A stretch of 64,000 bases of DNA from Thermoguttaceae bacterium (GTDB lineage Bacteria > Planctomycetota > Planctomycetia > Pirellulales > Thermoguttaceae), in contig JAVEUP010000021.1 of the NCBI GenBank assembly GCA_034005525.1, positions 1,557-65,556 on the forward strand, in the 5' to 3' direction. The translations under genes and the position numbers were made by a program. Shown here piece after piece: positions 59,223 through 64,000 of the stretch (position 1 is the stretch's first letter; every line of letters starts with the position of its first letter). The notes below the pieces were generated by a model, which saw only the letters and a program-made list of their open reading frames with translations, was not told the origin of the DNA and ran no database searches.

Positions 59223-62200
59223 ATGCCGCGCATCACCCGCATCGCTGTAAGCTTTTTTGCCGTGCTGGCGGCGTACTGGGCGTACGGGCTGGTGGTGGTT
59301 CCACTCGTCGAGCCGACGGCATCGCGCCGCGCCGAGGTGGAATCGCGGGCTGAGCAGCGCAGGATCGCGGGTACCATCGATCGACGGGTTGCCGCGCTGG
59401 CAGAACTTTTCCCGCCCAATTCCTGGGCATTGAAGAACCCCAAGATCCTTGAGAGCGATCAGTTCCAGCTTCTCATGCAGGACTATCGCAACCGGGGCGA
59501 CGGCCGGTTGGAGCTGCGCCCCTGCGCCATCATCCTGACTCCCGACGGGCCGGCCGAAGACGAAGAGCAGCGCCGGCGCCGGGCGATTGTACTTGAAGCC
59601 CCCGAGGGCGCGGTGCTGGAGTTTGACCGCCCGCTCGACCTGCGCCGCGCCGAAATGGGCCAGATTGTCGGCGGGCAGTTGCAGGGGCGAATCACGATCC
59701 GAAGCCAGGGTGAGTCGCCTGGCCCCGAGGACGACCTTCTCATCGTCACTCGCGACGTCGAAATGACACCCAACAACATCTTCACTCCGCACGCGGTTGA
59801 TTTCCGACTTGGCCCCCACCACGGCCGTGGGCGGGAACTGCGGATCAGACTGCTCGAGGGCAAGCCGGTCACGGGGCAACCCACGCCGAACGTAGCAGGC
59901 ATCGAACTGATCGAACTGCGCAAGGTGGAACGACTATACCTGCAGTTGGGCGAGGTGGCCGCGGACCAAGGCGGGGGTTCCACAAACGCGCCGCCAGGCG
60001 GTTTTCTCGCCGGCCAGGCGGACCTTCCGGTCGAGATTACCTGCGAGGGACCGTTCCGCTTCGACGTTCCGGGCAAGGTTGCTTCGTTCGAGGATCGGGT
60101 GCGCGTACTCCGGCTGAACCCGGAGAGCCGGGACGATCAGCTTGACTGCGACCGCTTGGCGGTCTACTTCATCGACCGCGATCCACCGAAAGAAACCGCC
60201 AGTCGCGATGGGACAACGCTCGTGCCGACCAGCCAACGCGCGAGCGATGCCTCGCTCGACCTGGTGCCTCAACGGATCGAGGCAACCGGAGACCCGGTCA
60301 CCGTCTCGGCTCCCGGCCGCGGCGTTGAAGCACGGGGCCAGTTGCTCCGATACAACCTGATCAACGGGCAGATCATGCTCGGCGACGACCGCGAGGCAAT
60401 GCTGCGCCAACATGAGAACGAAATCCGCGCGCGGCGGTTGGTGTACCAACCCGGCAAACCCGGACGTTCCGCCCGAATGTCGGCTACTGGCCCCGGCTGG
60501 CTGCGCGGCTATATGGCCGACCGCCCCGACGAACCGCTTGAAGTCTCCTGGAAGAAGGTGGTGCAAGTCGCGCCGAAGGACGGCCAACAGGTCATCCGGG
60601 TCGACGGAAATGCCTGGCTGCGCTTCCGCGGCGTTGGGCAGCTTGAAGCGGAAACGATCCATTTCCGTCTCGATGAATTACCGGCGGAGGAGGGACAGGA
60701 ACAACCGCGCTTGCAGCCGAACTCCTTGACGGCATCAAATGACGTGCGTATCCGATCCCTTCAACTCGATGCCTCTGTCGACAAGTTGACGGTCCTTTTC
60801 AGTGAGCTGCCGCCGAGCGCCGGCACGGACTGGCAGCCGGGCAGCGGGGCTTCGGGACCGCTTCGGCGCATTCGCAGCGATTGCGGCCGAGCGGTCGAAT
60901 TGGCGACGGTTGCACTCTGGGAGCCGGCGGTTCCAGGGCAAGCCATTCACGGGGGATCGTCCCGATTTGCGCCGCCCGGCCGGCAGATCGCCCAATCGCC
61001 CGGCGGCTCCCTCGGGAAAACGGGACTGTCCTCCTCGCCTGAAGTTCCAATGTATCATGGGGCCATCCGGAGCGGGGCGCCGCCCCATTCCGGCAACGGG
61101 ACTGTGGCGCATCAGCCACAGACTGCCAACGCCGCGGGAATCGGCACAGTCCCCCACGGAACCGGGCCGTCGCATGAACCTGCAACGGCGATGTCGGCGC
61201 AGCGCTTCGAGGTGACCGGCAAGACGCTTCATGCCCGAGTCCTGCTCGGCGGGCAGACGGCGCAGTTGGCCGAGGTGAGCGTCGAGGGCGATGCCCGGTT
61301 TGCCGAGACGCAAGCCACCCGCCCCGACGAGCGACCTGTACTGGTCCGGGGCGAACGTATCCACGTGATCGATGCGGAAACGCCGCGCGCTGCGGTGACC
61401 GTTACGGGAACCCCGGCCCAGTTCGAGGGCCGCGGGATGGCCATGGAGGGGCCTCAGATTCATCTGAACCGCGGTACAAATCGCCTGCTCGTTGACGGCG
61501 CCGGCACGATGACGCTTCCGCTGGACCGCGACCTCGACGGGCGACCCCTGGCCGTGGCAGCCCGCATGGCCGTCGACTGGCGACACCGCATGGATTTCGA
61601 CGGCAGGACGGCCCGTTTCGAGGATTCGGTCGTCGCGCGCACGCCGCAGCAGTCGCTGAAGACGGAATTGCTCGAAGTCCAGTTCCAGCAGGCAATCCGG
61701 TTTGCCGACGCCGACCTCGGCGCTCCACCGCAGGTGGAGCAGGTCCTTTGCCGAGGCCGAACGCTGCTGGAGAGCCATAGCGTCGACGAGGGGCTGCCCA
61801 CTGCGAGAGAACGCATGCTGGCGGCCGACCTTGCCGTGAACCTCCTCAGCGGCGACCTGACTGCGCGCGGCCCGGGGTGGCTGATGAGCGTTCGGCAGGC
61901 GCCCGACGGCGGATCGCTCGCCGGCTCGGGAGGCCCCTTCCCCGCCCCGCCCCTGGCGGCCGCCACCGAACCCGACCTGCCATTGCGGCAACTCTACGTC
62001 CGATTCCAGGGCGGAATGACAGGCAACGTTCATCGCCGCGAATTGAACTTCCACGACGAAGTCCGCACCATCTACACTCCGGTCGCCTCGTGGGAAGCTC
62101 CGGTGCCCAGCGACGATCCGCAATCGCTCGGCCCGCGCGGCATTGTGATGAACTGCAACCGGCTTTCGCTGCGCCAGACCCTCAGACCCGACGGCTCCCA

Positions 62201-62486
62201 GCATACAGCGGAGTTCGAGGCCGCGGGCAACACCGTCGTCGAATCGGCCGGCTACACGGCGCGGGCCATTCGCATGACCTACTCCGAGGCGAAAGACCTA
62301 CTGGTCCTGGAGGGCGACGGCCGAAGCGACGCACAACTGTTTCGGCAGCAGCAGATCGGCGGCCCCATGGCGAAGGCCGCGGCACAACGCATCCTGTTCT
62401 GGCCCGGCAGCAACCGCTTGAAGGTCGACGGCGCCCGCTCCTTGGAACTCAGCCAATTCCAGGCCGAACCGCCGGGCTCGCGCTAA
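59223..62486 (+). CDS. Large membrane-anchored protein with repeated OstA/LptA-like segments (possible LptC/LptA-type function)
   Basis: 1087 aa, starting 6 nt after kdsC. N-terminal TM helix. Recurrent A-x-G-N/D-V...Y...L-x-L-x-G segments (e.g. AAGNTVVESAGYTARAIRMTYSEAKDLLVLEGDG). Confidence 0.7.
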   Translation: MPRITRIAVSFFAVLAAYWAYGLVVVPLVEPTASRRAEVESRAEQRRIAGTIDRRVAALAELFPPNSWALKNPKILESDQFQLLMQDYRNRGDGRLELRPCAIILTPDGPAEDEEQRRRRAIVLEAPEGAVLEFDRPLDLRRAEMGQIVGGQLQGRITIRSQGESPGPEDDLLIVTRDVEMTPNNIFTPHAVDFRLGPHHGRGRELRIRLLEGKPVTGQPTPNVAGIELIELRKVERLYLQLGEVAADQGGGSTNAPPGGFLAGQADLPVEITCEGPFRFDVPGKVASFEDRVRVLRLNPESRDDQLDCDRLAVYFIDRDPPKETASRDGTTLVPTSQRASDASLDLVPQRIEATGDPVTVSAPGRGVEARGQLLRYNLINGQIMLGDDREAMLRQHENEIRARRLVYQPGKPGRSARMSATGPGWLRGYMADRPDEPLEVSWKKVVQVAPKDGQQVIRVDGNAWLRFRGVGQLEAETIHFRLDELPAEEGQEQPRLQPNSLTASNDVRIRSLQLDASVDKLTVLFSELPPSAGTDWQPGSGASGPLRRIRSDCGRAVELATVALWEPAVPGQAIHGGSSRFAPPGRQIAQSPGGSLGKTGLSSSPEVPMYHGAIRSGAPPHSGNGTVAHQPQTANAAGIGTVPHGTGPSHEPATAMSAQRFEVTGKTLHARVLLGGQTAQLAEVSVEGDARFAETQATRPDERPVLVRGERIHVIDAETPRAAVTVTGTPAQFEGRGMAMEGPQIHLNRGTNRLLVDGAGTMTLPLDRDLDGRPLAVAARMAVDWRHRMDFDGRTARFEDSVVARTPQQSLKTELLEVQFQQAIRFADADLGAPPQVEQVLCRGRTLLESHSVDEGLPTARERMLAADLAVNLLSGDLTARGPGWLMSVRQAPDGGSLAGSGGPFPAPPLAAATEPDLPLRQLYVRFQGGMTGNVHRRELNFHDEVRTIYTPVASWEAPVPSDDPQSLGPRGIVMNCNRLSLRQTLRPDGSQHTAEFEAAGNTVVESAGYTARAIRMTYSEAKDLLVLEGDGRSDAQLFRQQQIGGPMAKAAAQRILFWPGSNRLKVDGARSLELSQFQAEPPGSR

Positions 62487-62490
62487 CCCA

Positions 62491-62660
62491 GATTACTCAT
62501 GGCGATGTAGGGTGGTGACAAGCAAGCCAAGACCCTGGTGGGCCTTCGGTCGCTTGGCCGGGGCCCGCTTCCAGCGCACGACGTGCAAACCGCCCCGAGC
62601 GTGGCTTGCGCAGGCCCACCAAGAACTTGCGCGACCTTGTCCCACCCGACATGAATAATC
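62491..62660. repeat. MITE-like palindromic element of the GTAGGGTGG family
   Basis: Left arm GATTACTCATGGCGATGTAGGGTGGTGACAAG, right arm CTTGTCCCACCCGACATGAATAATC. Related copies lie at 13041-13233 and 63187-63262. Confidence 0.7.
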
Positions 62661-62673
62661 CCGGCTAACGCGG

Positions 62674-62964
62674 CTAGAACCCGATGCCGATGGAAATGCC
62701 CGAGCCCCGGTAGTAGAACCCGCTGCTGGGCCCGTAGTAGTACGGGTAGGGGTAGACCGGTGCGGGAACCACCACTGCTGGACCATAATACGGCCTTCGC
62801 GGCGGCGGATACACCACCCTGGGCCCGTAATGGCGCGGGGGCGCGTAGTAGTGGCTCCGGGGAGGTGGACCACCACGGTAGTGCCGCGGAGGATGGGCTT
62901 GCGCCCGAGCAGCCCCGACGGCGAGTACAGCAACGACTGCCAACGCGAGTGCGATACGTTTCAT
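62674..62964 (-). CDS. Small secreted Pro/Tyr/Gly-rich low-complexity protein
   Basis: AGGAGA RBS before the ATG at 62964. Signal peptide MKRIALALAVVAVLAVGAARA. The mature part has PPRHY/YYGP repeats and ends in ...GIGF. Confidence 0.6.
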   Translation of the reverse strand: MKRIALALAVVAVLAVGAARAQAHPPRHYRGGPPPRSHYYAPPRHYGPRVVYPPPRRPYYGPAVVVPAPVYPYPYYYGPSSGFYYRGSGISIGIGF

Positions 62965-63186
62965 GGCTTTTCTCCTGTTTCCTGAAAGGGGTATTGGGTC
63001 GTTTCGCGAACGACCTGAAGGGCATCCAGCGTGCCAATGCCGCCATCCCCACGCGAAAAGCATTATCCCAGAAAGACTTACGACGCAGCAAGCCCATTAT
63101 GGCCCACCCAGAAGCCCGTCAAGCGCCATCCAAACGACTACAGCCAAATGACTTCTCGCGACAGTACCCGTGCACGTCACCCAGAT

Positions 63187-63262
63187 GATTCATGACGATG
63201 TAGGGTGGTGACAAGCAAACCAAGGACTCACGCGATCTTGCCCTACCGCGCGCGAATAATGC
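63187..63262. repeat. Short copy of the GTAGGGTGG-family palindromic element
   Basis: 63190-63224 matches 62497-62531 at 33 of 35 positions (hand count). The right arm is CTTGCCCTACCGCGCGCGAATAATGC. Confidence 0.7.
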
Positions 63263-63285
63263 GGGCTATCTCCCAACTCGCGGTC

Positions 63286-63903
63286 CTACTTCCTTCCTTC
63301 CGGCAGCTCCCGGCGGCGAAGCTCGGCCCGAAGTTGCGGCGCGCTGGTGAACTGCACGGCGTCGAATCCGGCGGTCCGCGCGCCTTCAACGTGTTGCGGC
63401 ATGTCGTCGAAGTAGAGTATCTCGGCTGGACGGCAACCGGCCAACTCGGCGGCAGCTTGAAAGATAGCTGCATCCGGCTTCATTGTGCCGATCAGGTAGC
63501 TCAGCGCGAACGTGCCGAATAGCGACTGAAGGATCGAGAACCGCCGCCGGCAATGCTCCCAGTGCATCGCACATGTATTGGACAGAATGCCCATCGGCCC
63601 ACCCGCCTGCGACAGGCCGGTGAGTATGGGCAGAATGGATACGTTCAGATCGAAGATATCGCTCGCGGCCAGCTCCAAGGTCTCGTAGTCAGCGCGGGTG
63701 CCGGTTTCCAGACAGAAGCGGTCATAGAATTCCCGCGACGTAATGCGGCCGCATTCCAACTCGGTTTGCAGCCCGCCGCGGTATACGACCTCGCGGATGC
63801 ATTCCGCATCGACCCCGGCTGCCGCACCCACCTGCCGGAGCATACGCTCCACGGTGAAGTGCACCAGGACATTCCCGAGGTCGAAGTAGACGAACTTGAT
63901 CAC
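63286..63903 (-). CDS. HAD-superfamily hydrolase
   Basis: The GTG start at 63903 overlaps the stop of the upstream gene (GTGA). Motif I FVYFDLGNVLV. C-terminal FDDMPQHVEGAR. Confidence 0.8.
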   Translation of the reverse strand: MIKFVYFDLGNVLVHFTVERMLRQVGAAAGVDAECIREVVYRGGLQTELECGRITSREFYDRFCLETGTRADYETLELAASDIFDLNVSILPILTGLSQAGGPMGILSNTCAMHWEHCRRRFSILQSLFGTFALSYLIGTMKPDAAIFQAAAELAGCRPAEILYFDDMPQHVEGARTAGFDAVQFTSAPQLRAELRRRELPEGRK

Positions 63904-64000
63904 CGCGGCAGCTTCTTGATTCGCAGATTCCGGTACCAAGCCTCGCACGGCGGTCCGCTGTGGATCTGAAGGCCGATCAGGCCGGTGCGTGGGATGTTAT
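63900..64000 (-). CDS. C-terminal end of a DUF1080 (3-keto-disaccharide-hydrolase-like) domain protein; gene starts beyond the window
   Basis: My own translation gives ...NIPRTGLIGLQIHSGPPCEAWYRNLRIKKLPR*, resembling the typical G.I.LQ.H......FRNI.IK.L ending of the family. Confidence 0.45.
   Translation of the reverse strand, partial: NIPRTGLIGLQIHSGPPCEAWYRNLRIKKLPR

Overview
GC-rich bacterial chromosomal segment. The gene content suggests Planctomycetota (inference only): Tat-signal Gfo/Idh/MocA oxidoreductases, an FGE/SUMF1-like lipoprotein, a DUF1080-like C-terminus, a Flp/Tad pilus locus and a sigma-70 factor with a long N-terminal extension. I saw no rRNA, tRNA or CRISPR array. Layout: (1) 0-15.9 kb holds secreted hydrolases, oxidoreductases and sugar-isomerase-like genes, interrupted by a Uma2 endonuclease, then an EcfT/EcfA pair. 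(2) 16-30.4 kb holds vapBC, an SH3 protein, a sigma factor, a secreted protein plus an outer-membrane barrel, an arsR-thioredoxin-C_GCAxxG/diheme module, and an MBOAT / AlgJ-X-like / FGE-like operon. (3) 30.4-41.5 kb is a mosaic defence and toxin-antitoxin island. It contains a type IIG restriction-modification enzyme, higBA, a vapB with a truncated vapC, mcrBC, a wHTH-nucleotidyltransferase with a HEPN-like partner, and an orphan UPF0175 gene. It also carries two extra partial copies of the methyltransferase 3-prime end and a tyrosine-recombinase fragment. (4) 41.5-49.1 kb holds addA, an unrelated Tat-signal gene, and an addB-like gene. (5) 49.3-64 kb holds trpB2, a PAP2 protein, a flp-cpaA-tadE-cpaB-cpaC-cpaE locus, a GYD protein, kdsC followed by a 1087-aa OstA-repeat-like protein, a small Pro/Tyr-rich secreted protein, a HAD hydrolase and a DUF1080-like fragment. 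The flp pilin gene is preceded by an element that reads like a c-di-GMP-I (GEMM-I) riboswitch and is followed by a strong intrinsic terminator. Several families of palindromic intergenic repeats occur across the window. All calls come from reading the sequence and recalling family signatures; no searches were run.
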